A program made the translations under genes and the position numbers. This document shows positions 22,326 through 33,109 of a stretch of DNA of 64,000 bases, in pieces. Source of the stretch: a gamma proteobacterium endosymbiont of Trioza apicalis (GTDB lineage: Bacteria; Pseudomonadota; Gammaproteobacteria; Enterobacterales; G022558485); assembly GCA_022558485.1 (NCBI GenBank), contig CP066222.1, positions 89,930-153,929 on the forward strand, read 5' to 3'. Every line of letters starts with the position of its first letter. Position 1 is the stretch's first letter. The notes under the pieces were generated by a model. The model ran no database searches and was not told the origin of the DNA. It saw nothing but the letters and a program-made list of their open reading frames with translations.

Positions 22326-23396
22326 TTAATTAGATTTTAAATTATTAGGTATAACGGTCCATTTAATTTTTTTTTTATAAAGTAATGGTATTATTTCATT
22401 ATTTTCATTAATTACTTTAATTTTATCTTTTTGTAAATAACTTATTTTATGTAATTCTATATAATCTTTATTTATTGGTAAATTATAGAATGCTGGTCCA
22501 TTTAACGAACAAAAAGATTCAAAATTTTTTAATGCATTCATTTCTTCAAATACTGAAGCATAAATTGATAATGCTGTAGGAGCACTAAATACTCCAGCCT
22601 TCACTGAACTTGATTCTTTATTTGATCTAATATGCGGTGCTGTATCAGTACCTAAAAAAAATCTATTACAATTACTACATATAGCTTTTCGTAAAGCATT
22701 TTGATGTTTAATACTTTTATAAATTGGTAAACAATATAAATGTGATTTTAAACTATTTATAAATATATCATTACGATTAAAAATTAAATGTTGAGGTGTA
22801 ATTGTAGCTGCTAAATATTTATCACCATTAATTATATAATTTACAGCTTCTTTAGTTGTAATATGTTCAATTATAATTTTTAAAAAAGGAAAATTATTAC
22901 GAATTAATTTCATTATTTTTTTTATAAAAACTGCTTCACGATCAAATATATCAATTTTATTATTATTGATTTCAGCATGAATTAATAATGGCATTTTAAT
23001 ATTTTGCATTATCTCTAAAATAGGATAAATATTATTAATATTATTAATTCCATATTTTGAATTTGTAGTAGAATTATATGGATAAAGTTTAGCTGCAGTA
23101 AAAACACCTGAATTATATCCATTTATTATTGTTTCTTTTTTTGTATTATTTGTTAAATAACAAGTCATTAATGGTTTAAAATTATGGTTGGATGGTATAA
23201 TACTTAATATTTTTTTACGATACTTTATTGCTTGTTTTATTGTTGTAATAGGAATCTCTAAATTAGGCATGATTATAGCTCTTCCAAAGTATTTACTAGT
23301 ATAAGGTAGTACTGTATTTAATATATTATTATCCCTTAAATGAACATGCCAATCATCAGGTCTACGAATTTTTAATATTTTTATTTTTTTAATCAT
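22326..23396 (-). CDS. pyrC: Dihydroorotase
   Basis: 356-aa ORF with the class II DHOase signature (RRPDDWHVHLRD, IMPNL, FLGTDTAPH). Confidence 0.94.
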   Translation of the reverse strand: MIKKIKILKIRRPDDWHVHLRDNNILNTVLPYTSKYFGRAIIMPNLEIPITTIKQAIKYRKKILSIIPSNHNFKPLMTCYLTNNTKKETIINGYNSGVFTAAKLYPYNSTTNSKYGINNINNIYPILEIMQNIKMPLLIHAEINNNKIDIFDREAVFIKKIMKLIRNNFPFLKIIIEHITTKEAVNYIINGDKYLAATITPQHLIFNRNDIFINSLKSHLYCLPIYKSIKHQNALRKAICSNCNRFFLGTDTAPHIRSNKESSSVKAGVFSAPTALSIYASVFEEMNALKNFESFCSLNGPAFYNLPINKDYIELHKISYLQKDKIKVINENNEIIPLLYKKKIKWTVIPNNLKSN

Positions 23397-23452
23397 TTAT
23401 TTAACTCATTAAAATAATAATTTTTTTAAAAAAACTTAAAGTAATAAAATTT

Positions 23453-24412
23453 ATGTTAAAAAAAAATAAAAAACAAAATACAATTATATTGTATGATAAA
23501 AAAAACGATCAACGTATTGATAATTTTTTATTTAATAAATATAAAAAAATGTCTAAAAATATGATTTATTCTTTTATCAGAAAAGGTGTTATACTTATTA
23601 ATAAAAAAAAAATAAAACCTAAATATAAATTAAAATATTTAGATAAAATTAGCATTAATTTTATAAATATTAATAAATATTTATTAATACCTAAATTAAT
23701 TAAATTAAATAAAAAATTATTATCAAATATTTCAATATTATATGAAGATAAATATTTATTAGTATTAAATAAACCTGCAGGTATAGCTGTACATGGTGGA
23801 AGTAATTTAAATTATGGTATAATTGAACTATTAAGGACAACACGACCAAATTCTAAATTTTTAGAATTAATTCATAGATTGGATAAAGACACTTCCGGTG
23901 TTCTTTTAATAGCAAAAAATCATTTTACTTTATGTTTTTTACATAATCAATTTCGTTTAAATAAAATAAAAAAAATTTATTTAGCTTTAATCAAAGGTAA
24001 ATTTTTATTTAAAAAAAAAGTAATTATTGCTCCCATAGGAAAAAGTAAATTAATTAATAACACACGTATAGTTAAAATAGATGCAAATGGTAAATTATCT
24101 GAAACCCATTTTATGATAAAAAAATGTTTTTCATTAGCAACATTAGTTTATGTTAAACCAATAACTGGTAGAACTCATCAAATTAGAATACATGCTAAAT
24201 ATATGGGTCATCCAATTGTACTAGATAATAAATACGGTGATTATAAATTTAATTTTAAATTTGAGAAATTAGGTATAAAAAGATTATTTTTACATGCGAA
24301 AATAATATGTTTTAAACACCCTTATTATAATAAATATATAAATATTAGAGCACCATTAGATATTTTTTTAGATAAATGCTTAAATTATTTAAAAAAAAAT
24401 TATATATTATAA
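23453..24412 (+). CDS. rluC: 23S rRNA pseudouridine synthase RluC
   Basis: 319-aa ORF with an S4-like N-terminal domain and RluA-family motifs (HRLDKDTSGVLL, TGRTHQIRIH). Confidence 0.85.
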   Translation: MLKKNKKQNTIILYDKKNDQRIDNFLFNKYKKMSKNMIYSFIRKGVILINKKKIKPKYKLKYLDKISINFININKYLLIPKLIKLNKKLLSNISILYEDKYLLVLNKPAGIAVHGGSNLNYGIIELLRTTRPNSKFLELIHRLDKDTSGVLLIAKNHFTLCFLHNQFRLNKIKKIYLALIKGKFLFKKKVIIAPIGKSKLINNTRIVKIDANGKLSETHFMIKKCFSLATLVYVKPITGRTHQIRIHAKYMGHPIVLDNKYGDYKFNFKFEKLGIKRLFLHAKIICFKHPYYNKYINIRAPLDIFLDKCLNYLKKNYIL

Positions 24413-24899
24413 TTTTTTTTATAATAATATTTTGTATTAAATTTATAATAAATATTTTTTATTTTTTTATATATTTATTTTTTTTTTTATTTATATATAT
24501 TTATTTTTAAATATTATGTTTATAAAATATTTTATTTAATATATTTTTTATTAATAAATAATAATATTTTTTATTTTTCATTTAAATTTTATAAAATATT
24601 TTAAGATTTTATTAATATTTAATGTAATAATTAAATTATTATTTTTTTTAAATCTTTATTTATAAATATACATTTAATTGTTTTTACATTATAATAATAA
24701 ATATGATATTTGTTTTTATGAAAAAATATAATCAATATACTAATTTTATTAATTTAATTAAAATATAATTTTATTTAAATACAAAAATTAATATAAAATA
24801 TTTTTTATATATTATAAATTTATAAAAATTTATTCTTAAGTTATATTAATGATAAATAATTTATTATTTTAATTTTAAAAATATTAAATAGGATTTTAT

Positions 24900-25913
24900 A
24901 TGATATATTCATTAATTAAATATATTTTATTTAAATTTGATCCTGAAAAATCACATGATTTTTTAATTAAAACACTTAAAGTTATTTATAAAACTCCACT
25001 TAAATATTTAATATGTCAATCAATACCTGATAAACCAATCAAATGTATGAATATTAATTTTAAAAATTTACTTGGTTTAGCGGCGGGATTTGATAAAAAT
25101 GGAGATTGCATTGATATTATTAATTCTATGGGATTTGGTTTTATTGAAGTAGGTACTGTAACTCCAAAAGCTCAACAAGGTAATAATAAACCAAGATTAT
25201 TTAGATTAGTAAATAAAGGTGCTTTTTTAAATCATATGGGATTCCCTAATTTAGGAATAGATAATTTAATTAATAATATAAAACAATCTAAATTTAATGG
25301 TGTTTTAGGAGTAAATATAGGTAAAAATTTTAATACTTCTATAGAAAATGCAATAGAAGATTATTTAGTATGTATTAAAAAAATTTATAACTATGCAAGT
25401 TATATTGTAATAAATATTTCTTCACCTAATACTCCGAATCTACGTAGTCTTCAATTTGGTATAATTTTTGATAATTTATTAAAAGAAATAAAATATAATC
25501 AATTAATCTTAAAAAAAATATATAATAATAAATATGTACCTATAGTTTTAAAAATATCTCCAGATTTAACATTTTTTGAATTAATAAAAATTGCTGATAG
25601 TTTATTAAGATATAATATTGATGGTATTATTGCGACTAACACAACAACAAATTATAAATTAATAAAAAATATAAATAAAAATATAAAAATTGGTGGTTTA
25701 AGTGGTTGTCCTTTACAACACCATAGTAATAGAGTTATTAAAATATTATCTTCAGAATTAAAAAATAAAATACCTATTATTGGTGTTGGAGGTATTAATT
25801 CAATTACTGAAGCTAAAAATAAACTATTTGCTGGTGCTAAATTAATACAAATTTATACAGGTTTAATTTTTAAAGGTCCATCTTTGATAAAAGAAATAGT
25901 TAATAATATTTAA
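24900..25913 (+). CDS. pyrD: Dihydroorotate dehydrogenase (quinone), class 2
   Basis: 337-aa ORF (GLAAGFDKNG, GFGFIEVGTVTP, NISSPNTP.LR, TNTT, GGLSG, IGVGGI). AGGA lies upstream of the ATG. Confidence 0.95.
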   Translation: MIYSLIKYILFKFDPEKSHDFLIKTLKVIYKTPLKYLICQSIPDKPIKCMNINFKNLLGLAAGFDKNGDCIDIINSMGFGFIEVGTVTPKAQQGNNKPRLFRLVNKGAFLNHMGFPNLGIDNLINNIKQSKFNGVLGVNIGKNFNTSIENAIEDYLVCIKKIYNYASYIVINISSPNTPNLRSLQFGIIFDNLLKEIKYNQLILKKIYNNKYVPIVLKISPDLTFFELIKIADSLLRYNIDGIIATNTTTNYKLIKNINKNIKIGGLSGCPLQHHSNRVIKILSSELKNKIPIIGVGGINSITEAKNKLFAGAKLIQIYTGLIFKGPSLIKEIVNNI

Positions 25914-25920
25914 TTTGTTT

Positions 25921-26853
25921 TTAATTTTCATTATTTAATTTTAAATTATTTAATAATATTTTCATATCATTTGGTAATTCAGTATATAAGTTTAAATTAA
26001 TTCCATTAATAGGATGTTTAAATTTAATTAACGTAGCGTGTAAAGCTTGGCGTTTAAAATTTTTTAATAATATATTTTTATTTTTAAATTTATTATTATA
26101 TTTTTTATCTCCTACTAATGGGTGATTAATAGATTCCATATGTACACGAATTTGATGAGTCCTACCAGTTTTTAAACGTAATTTTAATAAAGTATGAGCG
26201 CGAAAATATGCTATACTTCTATAATAAGTTATTGCTGATTTACCTTTTGAATTTATTTGCATGCATGTTTTTTTTTTTTTATTTTTACTTATTGGTTTAT
26301 TTATAATGCCCCAGTTAGTAATTAAACCATTTACAATAGCTTTATATTCACGAATAATTTTACGTATTTTTAATAATTTTTTTAAATAATATTGCATTTG
26401 TAACGTTTTTGCTATCATTATTAAACCAGTAGTATCTTTATCTAAACGATGTATTATTCCCGCTCTTGGTATGTTAATAATTGGTGGATAATAAGATATT
26501 AATAAATCCAACAAAGTACCATCTAAATTTCCTATACCAGGATGTACCACTAAGTTTTTAGGTTTATCTATAACCAAAATATAACTATCTTCATATATAA
26601 TATTTAAATTTATAGGTTTTTTTATTGATTTTTTTTTTTTTTTTAATATATTTATTTCAATTTTTTCATTACCTAATAATTTTTGTTTTGGTAATGTTTT
26701 TATTTTATTATTTATTTTAATAAATTTATTAATAATTTTTTTTTTAAAAAATGAACGTGAATAATTAGGAAATAATTTACATAAAGTTAAATCTAAACGT
26801 TTTCCTGAATATTTTTTATCTATTTTTATAATATTATTTGGATATTTTATCAT
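25921..26853 (-). CDS. rluD: 23S rRNA pseudouridine synthase RluD
   Basis: 310-aa ORF with an S4 domain and RluA-family motifs (VVHPG, HRLDKDTTGL, TGRTHQIRVH). It is assigned RluD rather than RluC by overall colinearity. Confidence 0.82.
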   Translation of the reverse strand: MIKYPNNIIKIDKKYSGKRLDLTLCKLFPNYSRSFFKKKIINKFIKINNKIKTLPKQKLLGNEKIEINILKKKKKSIKKPINLNIIYEDSYILVIDKPKNLVVHPGIGNLDGTLLDLLISYYPPIINIPRAGIIHRLDKDTTGLIMIAKTLQMQYYLKKLLKIRKIIREYKAIVNGLITNWGIINKPISKNKKKKTCMQINSKGKSAITYYRSIAYFRAHTLLKLRLKTGRTHQIRVHMESINHPLVGDKKYNNKFKNKNILLKNFKRQALHATLIKFKHPINGINLNLYTELPNDMKILLNNLKLNNEN

Positions 26854-26914
26854 ATTTTATTTTAAATTATAATTATTTAGTTAAATTTTATTAAAAAAAT
26901 AGATTTAATTAAAT

Positions 26915-28630
26915 TTAATTGATTTTTTTTATTATAAAATTAATTATTTCATTTAATGAAATCAAAATTTTTTTACCATTTTTTCTATTTTTATATTCTA
27001 CTGATTTTTGATTTAAACTACGTTTACTTATTATTATAATGTTTGGGATACCAATCAGTTCAATATCAGATAACATAAGTCCAAATTGTTCTTTTCTATC
27101 ATCAAATAACACATCTAATTTTTTTTCTTTTAATTTATTATAAATATCATTAGATGTTTCGTATATTTTATTAGATTTATACATATTTATAGGCAAAATC
27201 GCAATATTAAATGGAGCTAATGCTTCTGGCCAAATAATTCCATTTTTATCATTATTCTGTTCTATAACAGAAGCTATTGTTCTTAGCAAACCTATTCCAT
27301 AACAACCCATTGTTAATGTTATATTTTTACTGTTTTTATTTTTAAAAGAAGTTTTAAATATTCTTGAATATTTTTTACCAAGTTGAAAAATATGTGCAAT
27401 TTCTATACTTTTTTTTATTTTTAAATAACCTTGATTATCTGGGCTAATATCACCTTTTACTATTTTTCTTAAATCAGCTAATTTAGGCATTGGAATATCT
27501 CTTAACCAATTTATATTTAAAAAAAACTTACCATTTATATTAGCTCCTGATATAAAATTACTCATATTAAAAACATTATAATCAATTATCATGGGAATAG
27601 TTAAATGTATAGGTCCTAAAAAAAAAGATTTAACACCTAAGTATAAATTAATGTTTTTTTCATTAACAAATAAAAGCGGTGAAGATAATTTTAGTAATTT
27701 TTCTACTTTTGATTTATTTAATTTATGATCACCTCTTATTATTAATGCTATAAATTTATATTTAATATTAGGATTAACATATACTATATATATTTTTAAT
27801 GTTTGTTTTATTGGTATTGAGTATTTTAAAATTACATCTTTAAATTTTTCAATATTTTTAATATTTATTAATTTTAATTTTTTATATGACATAGGATTAG
27901 AAAATTTTGGTATTGATGTTTTTGCTAATTCAATATTAGAAATATATTTTGATTTTGTAGAAAAAACAAGGCTTGATTCACCATTATTTGATAATACATG
28001 AAATTCATGAGATTTTACACCACCTATGGAACCAGTATTTGCTTCTACCATATAATATTTTAAATCTATACGTTTAAATATATTTTTATAAATTTTTTGA
28101 ATTATAATATATGTTTTTTGTAATGAAATTTTATCACTATGAAAAGAGTAAGCATCTTTCATTATAAATTCACGAGAACGTATTACACCAAAACGTGGCC
28201 TTATTTCATCACGAAATTTAGTTTGTATTTGATATAAAATTAAAGGCAATTGTTTATAAGAATTAAGTTCATTTTTAATTAAATCAGTTATCATTTCTTC
28301 ATTTGTTGGACTAATTATATAAGATCTAGATTTACGATCTTTAAATTTTATTAATTCAGAACCATATTTAAATAATCTTCCGCTATTTTTCCATAAAGAT
28401 ATAGGTTGTATAACTGGCATTAATATTTCTATTGAATTAATTTTATTCATTTCTTCACGTATAATATTTTTCATTTTTTGTAATATACGTAATCCTGTTG
28501 GCAATAATACATATAATCCTACAGAAACTTGACGAATTATACCAGCTCTTAACATTAATTTATGACTAATAATCTCAGTATCTTTAGGATTTTCTTTAAT
28601 AGTTGAAAGTAAATAATAACTAGTACGCAT
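26915..28630 (-). CDS. proS: Proline--tRNA ligase
   Basis: From the ATG at 28630 the protein is 571 aa, beginning MRTSYYLLSTIKENP, against E. coli MRTSQYLLSTLKETP (572 aa). The track's start at 28702 adds 24 residues that overlap recD and is rejected. Confidence 0.95.
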   Translation of the reverse strand: MRTSYYLLSTIKENPKDTEIISHKLMLRAGIIRQVSVGLYVLLPTGLRILQKMKNIIREEMNKINSIEILMPVIQPISLWKNSGRLFKYGSELIKFKDRKSRSYIISPTNEEMITDLIKNELNSYKQLPLILYQIQTKFRDEIRPRFGVIRSREFIMKDAYSFHSDKISLQKTYIIIQKIYKNIFKRIDLKYYMVEANTGSIGGVKSHEFHVLSNNGESSLVFSTKSKYISNIELAKTSIPKFSNPMSYKKLKLINIKNIEKFKDVILKYSIPIKQTLKIYIVYVNPNIKYKFIALIIRGDHKLNKSKVEKLLKLSSPLLFVNEKNINLYLGVKSFFLGPIHLTIPMIIDYNVFNMSNFISGANINGKFFLNINWLRDIPMPKLADLRKIVKGDISPDNQGYLKIKKSIEIAHIFQLGKKYSRIFKTSFKNKNSKNITLTMGCYGIGLLRTIASVIEQNNDKNGIIWPEALAPFNIAILPINMYKSNKIYETSNDIYNKLKEKKLDVLFDDRKEQFGLMLSDIELIGIPNIIIISKRSLNQKSVEYKNRKNGKKILISLNEIINFIIKKIN

Positions 28631-28652
28631 ATTATTTTTTTCCATATAATAT

Positions 28653-30545
28653 TTAAATAGATAACATTTCAATGCGTTTAATAAGACCACTATATTTTTC
28701 AATATTGTTATTAATTAAATATTTTATAATTTTTTCATTTGCACATATAGATAATAGTGTTTTACTTCTTGTTACAGCAGTATATAAAAGTTCTTTATTT
28801 AATATTGGTAAAATTTTATTTGGTAAAATTAGTGCTATATGATTAAATTCTGAACCTTGTGATTTATGTATGGTTATTGCAAATGATGTTTCATGTTTTG
28901 GTAGTTTACTATATGGAATTGAAATAATATTATTATTAAAAGAATTAAAATATGCAAATAATTCGTTTTTGTTGTTTTTTAATAAAATTCCAATATCTCC
29001 GTTGTATAAATTTAAATGAGGTGAATTACGAATTATCATAATAGGACGACCAATATAATTGTTTTTATTTTCAATTATTTTAATTAAACCTTTATTTTTA
29101 AGAATATTTTCTATATATTGATTTAAACCAATTACACCGAAAGGACCCTTACGTAACGCACATAATAATTGAAATTTTTTAAACATTTTTAATATCATAA
29201 ATGGTTTGGATTTATTAATTATTAATTTAATATATTTTTTATATTCATGTATACATATATTAATAAATTTATTATAATCTAATTCACTTTTAAATGAAAT
29301 ATAATTTATTTCTGATTTTTTATTTTTTTTTAAAAATTTAATTATATTATTGGCACAACCAATATTTATTATTTTAGATAAATAACTAATTTTAGATTTT
29401 AAATTAAAACGATAATTTTTATTTAAAATACATAAATTATCCATAATATTAAATATATTATTTTTAATATATATATTATTTTTTATTTCTTTTTTTTTAA
29501 TTTTATTTAAATGTTTATATCCACTTATTGTTTTTAATAATTTTTTTTGTTTATTACTATAATTAAATTTGTAAAATTTATAAATATCTTTTATAATTAA
29601 TCCAGGACCTATAGGTGGTAATTGATAAAAATCACCTAAAAATATAATTTTAATTTTTTTTGGTAATATTTTTATTAAATCAACCATTATTTTTAAATTT
29701 ATCATAGAAGATTCATCAATAATTAATATATCAAATTTTAATAAATTAATTCTATTATTATACATATTTTCATTATAATTTATTTTTAATAAACTATGTA
29801 ATGTTACAGCTTTAGTTGGTAAGCAATTTTGTTGTTTTTTATTTAATTTTAATTTTTTTACACCCAACCATAAAGATTCAATTAATTTTACAGCAGCTTT
29901 TCCTGTAAGTGCTACCATTTTAATTTTTAATCTATTATTATTTAATTTTATAAGTATTATTAATAATTTTGTTATTATAAAAGTTTTACCTGTTCCCGGT
30001 TCACCAGATATAAATGTTATGGGATTTAATATAGCAATTATAATAGCACATTTCTGCCAATTTATATTTTTATATTTTTCTATAGGAAAATAATAATTTA
30101 CTAATTTTTTTATTTTTTTTATATAATTTTTATTTAAAATATTTTTATATTTTGAAAAATATAAAATATAGTTCGCAACTATACATTCATATTTCCAAAT
30201 TTTTTGTAAATATAAATTATTATATTCTAATATTAATGGTGTTTTTTTTTTACCATTACTAACTATTGAAGAATTAATTAACAAATTTATCCAATCTTTA
30301 ATATTAGGATTACCTAAACGTTTCCAAATTTTTTTAGCAAATAAATATAAATAACCATTAAAAATATTTATATATGTTAATGATTTTAAAGGTAAACAAG
30401 TACTTCCTCTCCTAATATTTATATTTAAAAAAACTATAATAATCATTAACATAGGTTGATTTGGTGAAATTAACATACGTGCCATTATTATATCAATTTT
30501 TTTACATAAATAAAATTTATATATTTTATTAAAAATATCTTCCAT
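28653..30545 (-). CDS. recD: Exodeoxyribonuclease V, alpha subunit RecD
   Basis: 630-aa ORF colinear with E. coli RecD: Walker A GEPGTGKT, IIDESSM, FLGD..QLP, QLLCALR.GPFGV.GLN, TIHKSQGSEF, LLYTAVTR. Confidence 0.9.
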   Translation of the reverse strand: MEDIFNKIYKFYLCKKIDIIMARMLISPNQPMLMIIIVFLNINIRRGSTCLPLKSLTYINIFNGYLYLFAKKIWKRLGNPNIKDWINLLINSSIVSNGKKKTPLILEYNNLYLQKIWKYECIVANYILYFSKYKNILNKNYIKKIKKLVNYYFPIEKYKNINWQKCAIIIAILNPITFISGEPGTGKTFIITKLLIILIKLNNNRLKIKMVALTGKAAVKLIESLWLGVKKLKLNKKQQNCLPTKAVTLHSLLKINYNENMYNNRINLLKFDILIIDESSMINLKIMVDLIKILPKKIKIIFLGDFYQLPPIGPGLIIKDIYKFYKFNYSNKQKKLLKTISGYKHLNKIKKKEIKNNIYIKNNIFNIMDNLCILNKNYRFNLKSKISYLSKIINIGCANNIIKFLKKNKKSEINYISFKSELDYNKFINICIHEYKKYIKLIINKSKPFMILKMFKKFQLLCALRKGPFGVIGLNQYIENILKNKGLIKIIENKNNYIGRPIMIIRNSPHLNLYNGDIGILLKNNKNELFAYFNSFNNNIISIPYSKLPKHETSFAITIHKSQGSEFNHIALILPNKILPILNKELLYTAVTRSKTLLSICANEKIIKYLINNNIEKYSGLIKRIEMLSI

Positions 30546-30830
30546 GTATTATCTCATAAAGTATTAATTATTTATTTATAAAATATTTTTATTTAAATTT
30601 TAAATTTATTAAATTTTAATTGTATTAATTAGTTAATATTGTTATAATTGATAATATCTATTATAAATAAAAATATTTTTTTTATAATTTAAATATCATT
30701 ATTAAATACTTATAAAATATATTTAAATTCTAATTGATAAACAAATATTATTAATATTTGTTTAAATTATTTAAATAAAAAAAATTTAAATAATAACTAA
30801 TTACTAATTAATAATTTAAGATTATATAAT

Positions 30831-32396
30831 ATGAAAGAATCTTTTGCAAAAATTTTTGAGAAATCATTAAAAACAATAAAAATTAAAATAGGTTCTATAA
30901 TTTATGGAACTGTTATATCTATAAATAAAGATATGGTTTTAGTAGATGCTGATTTAAAATCTGAATCTTTGATTCCTGTTAATCAGTTTTATGATATTAA
31001 TGGTGAATTAGAAATTAAAATAGGAGATAAAGTTGAAGTCGTATTAGATACTATTGAAAATGGTTTTGGTGAAACATTATTATCACGTGATAAAGCTAAA
31101 CGTTATAAATCATGGTTACTTTTAGATAAAGCATATCAAAAAAATAATATTGTTATAGGTATGATTACAAATAAAGTAAAGGGAGGTTTTACAGTAGAAT
31201 TAAATGGTATACGTGCTTTTTTACCTGGATCTTTAATAGATACAAAACCAATATGTGACACATCTTCTTTAGAAAATAAAAATCTTGAATTTAAAATAAT
31301 TAAATTAGATAAAAAATCTAATAATATTGTTGTTTCTAGAAGAGCTATAATTGAAATAGAAAATAATAATGAACGAAATCAATTATTAAGTTATTTAAAA
31401 GAAAATAGTGAAATATTTGGTATTGTTAAAAATTTAACTGATTATGGTGCTTTTATAGATTTAGGTGGAATTGATGGTTTATTACATATTACTGATATGT
31501 CATGGAGAAGAATTAAACATCCTAATGAAATAGTTAATATAGGCGATGAAATTAAAGTTAAAGTTTTAAGATTTGATTACGAGCGAATTAGAGTGTCATT
31601 AGGTCTTAAACAACTCATTGAAGATCCATGGATTGATATTATAAAACGTTATCCTGAAGGTTTTCGTTTAAATGGTAAAGTAACAAATATTACTGATTAT
31701 GGATGTTTTGTAGAAATTGAAAATGGAATTGAAGGTTTGGTTCATACTTCTGAAATGGATTGGATAAATAAAAACATAAATCCTAATAAATTAGTAAAAG
31801 TTGGTGATATAGTTAAAGTTATAATATTGAATGTTGATAAAGATAAACATCGTATTTCTTTAGGTATTAAACAATGTAAACCTAATCCATGGAAATATTT
31901 TTACAAAATTTATAAAAAGGGTAATTATATAGAAGGTAAAATAAAATCAATTACTGATTTAGGTATTTTTGTAAGTTTAAAAAATGGTATTGATGGTTTA
32001 ATACATCAATCAGATATGTCATGGAATATTAATTTAAATAAATTTAATAATAAATATAAGAAAGGTAATAAAATTACGGTATCAATTTTACAAATAGACT
32101 CTAATCGTGAAAGAATATCTCTTGGTATAAAAAAATTATATGAAGATCCATTTAATAATTTTATTTCGTTAAATAAAAGAGGAAAAATTATTTTTGGTGA
32201 AATTATTGAAATTAATGCAAAAGGTCTTACTGTAAAATTAAAAAATCATGTAAAAGGTTTTATTCATATTTCTGAAATATATAATATTAAATGTAAAAAA
32301 TTAATTTTAATTTTTAAAATAGGTGATATTATAAAATCTAAATTTACTAGTATTAATCGTAAAAATTGTATTATAAATTTATCAACTTTTTTTTAA
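30831..32396 (+). CDS. rpsA: 30S ribosomal protein S1
   Basis: 521-aa ORF colinear with E. coli S1 across the repeated S1 domains ([52 protein letters not shown]). It lacks the acidic C-terminal tail. Confidence 0.96.
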   Translation: MKESFAKIFEKSLKTIKIKIGSIIYGTVISINKDMVLVDADLKSESLIPVNQFYDINGELEIKIGDKVEVVLDTIENGFGETLLSRDKAKRYKSWLLLDKAYQKNNIVIGMITNKVKGGFTVELNGIRAFLPGSLIDTKPICDTSSLENKNLEFKIIKLDKKSNNIVVSRRAIIEIENNNERNQLLSYLKENSEIFGIVKNLTDYGAFIDLGGIDGLLHITDMSWRRIKHPNEIVNIGDEIKVKVLRFDYERIRVSLGLKQLIEDPWIDIIKRYPEGFRLNGKVTNITDYGCFVEIENGIEGLVHTSEMDWINKNINPNKLVKVGDIVKVIILNVDKDKHRISLGIKQCKPNPWKYFYKIYKKGNYIEGKIKSITDLGIFVSLKNGIDGLIHQSDMSWNINLNKFNNKYKKGNKITVSILQIDSNRERISLGIKKLYEDPFNNFISLNKRGKIIFGEIIEINAKGLTVKLKNHVKGFIHISEIYNIKCKKLILIFKIGDIIKSKFTSINRKNCIINLSTFF

Positions 32397-32441
32397 AAAA
32401 AAATGAATAAAATTTAATAATTAAAAATTTATTTAAATATA

Positions 32442-32516
32442 TGCATCTGAGAGGATTTGAACCTCCGACCTTTCGGTTCGTAGCCGAATGCTCTATCCAA
32501 ACTAAGCTACAGATGC
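32442..32516 (-). tRNA. argV: tRNA-Arg (anticodon ACG)
   Basis: Manual cloverleaf, 75 nt: acceptor GCATCTG/CAGATGC, anticodon arm TTCGG-CTACGAA-CCGAA, T-loop TTCAAAT, discriminator A. No CCA is encoded. Confidence 0.9.
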
Positions 32517-32529
32517 ATTATTAAAATAA

Positions 32530-32617
32530 AGGTGAGAGAGGGATTCGAACCCTCGATATAGTATAACTATATACTCCCTTAGCAGAGGAGAGCCTTAAAC
32601 CACTCGACCATCTCACC
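32530..32617 (-). tRNA. serV: tRNA-Ser (anticodon GCU)
   Basis: Manual fold, 88 nt: acceptor GGTGAGA/TCTCACC, anticodon loop CTGCTAA, long variable arm, T-arm GAGGG-TTCGAAT-CCCTC. No CCA is encoded. The Ser(GCU)-Arg(ACG) order matches E. coli serV-argV. Confidence 0.9.
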
Positions 32618-32726
32618 TTTAATAAAAAAAAAATAAAATTAATTAAATATTAACAAAAATTATATTTTTAATATTTTTAATATTTTATTTTAAAATTTAT
32701 ATTTATATATTTAAATATAAATTAAA

Positions 32727-32809
32727 TACCGAGAACGGGAATTGAACCCGTAAACCTATTAGGTACTACCACCTCAAGGTAGCGTGTATACCAATTTCAC
32801 CATCTCGGT
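32727..32809 (-). tRNA. leuU: tRNA-Leu (anticodon GAG)
   Basis: 83 nt, near-identical in architecture to E. coli leuU (..GGTAGACACGCTACCTTGAGGTGGTAG..ACGGGTTCAA.TCCCGT). It has an A1-U72 pair and no encoded CCA. It lies directly downstream of secG, as in E. coli secG-leuU. Confidence 0.92.
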
Positions 32810-32861
32810 ATATTTATATTTAAATTTCTATATATATTTATAAAAGTAATTTTAATAAATT

Positions 32862-33089
32862 TTATTTACGAAAATTATTTAATAAAATATTAAATATAAA
32901 AAAAATTATCGCTAATATATATATAATTTTATTATGAATATGATTTAAATCATTACAACTCAACAAATTATTAGAATTTTTTTTATAAATTGTATTTATA
33001 ATATTGTTATTTATTCCTCTATATAATAAAATTAATAATATTAACATTAATGAAACTATTATAAATACACTTAATATTAAATTATACAT
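32862..33089 (-). CDS. secG: Protein-export membrane protein SecG (shortened)
   Basis: 75-aa ORF between ftsH and leuU. Its N-terminal TM (MYNLILSVFIIVSLMLILLILLYRG) and C-terminal TM (LAIIFFIFNILLNNF) align with E. coli SecG (MYEALLVVFLIVAIGLVGLIMLQQG and LATLFFIISLVLGNI). The Gly-rich loop is replaced by an Asn-rich one. Confidence 0.75.
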   Translation of the reverse strand: MYNLILSVFIIVSLMLILLILLYRGINNNIINTIYKKNSNNLLSCNDLNHIHNKIIYILAIIFFIFNILLNNFRK

Positions 33090-33109
33090 TTTTAAAAAAA
33101 ACCTTTATG

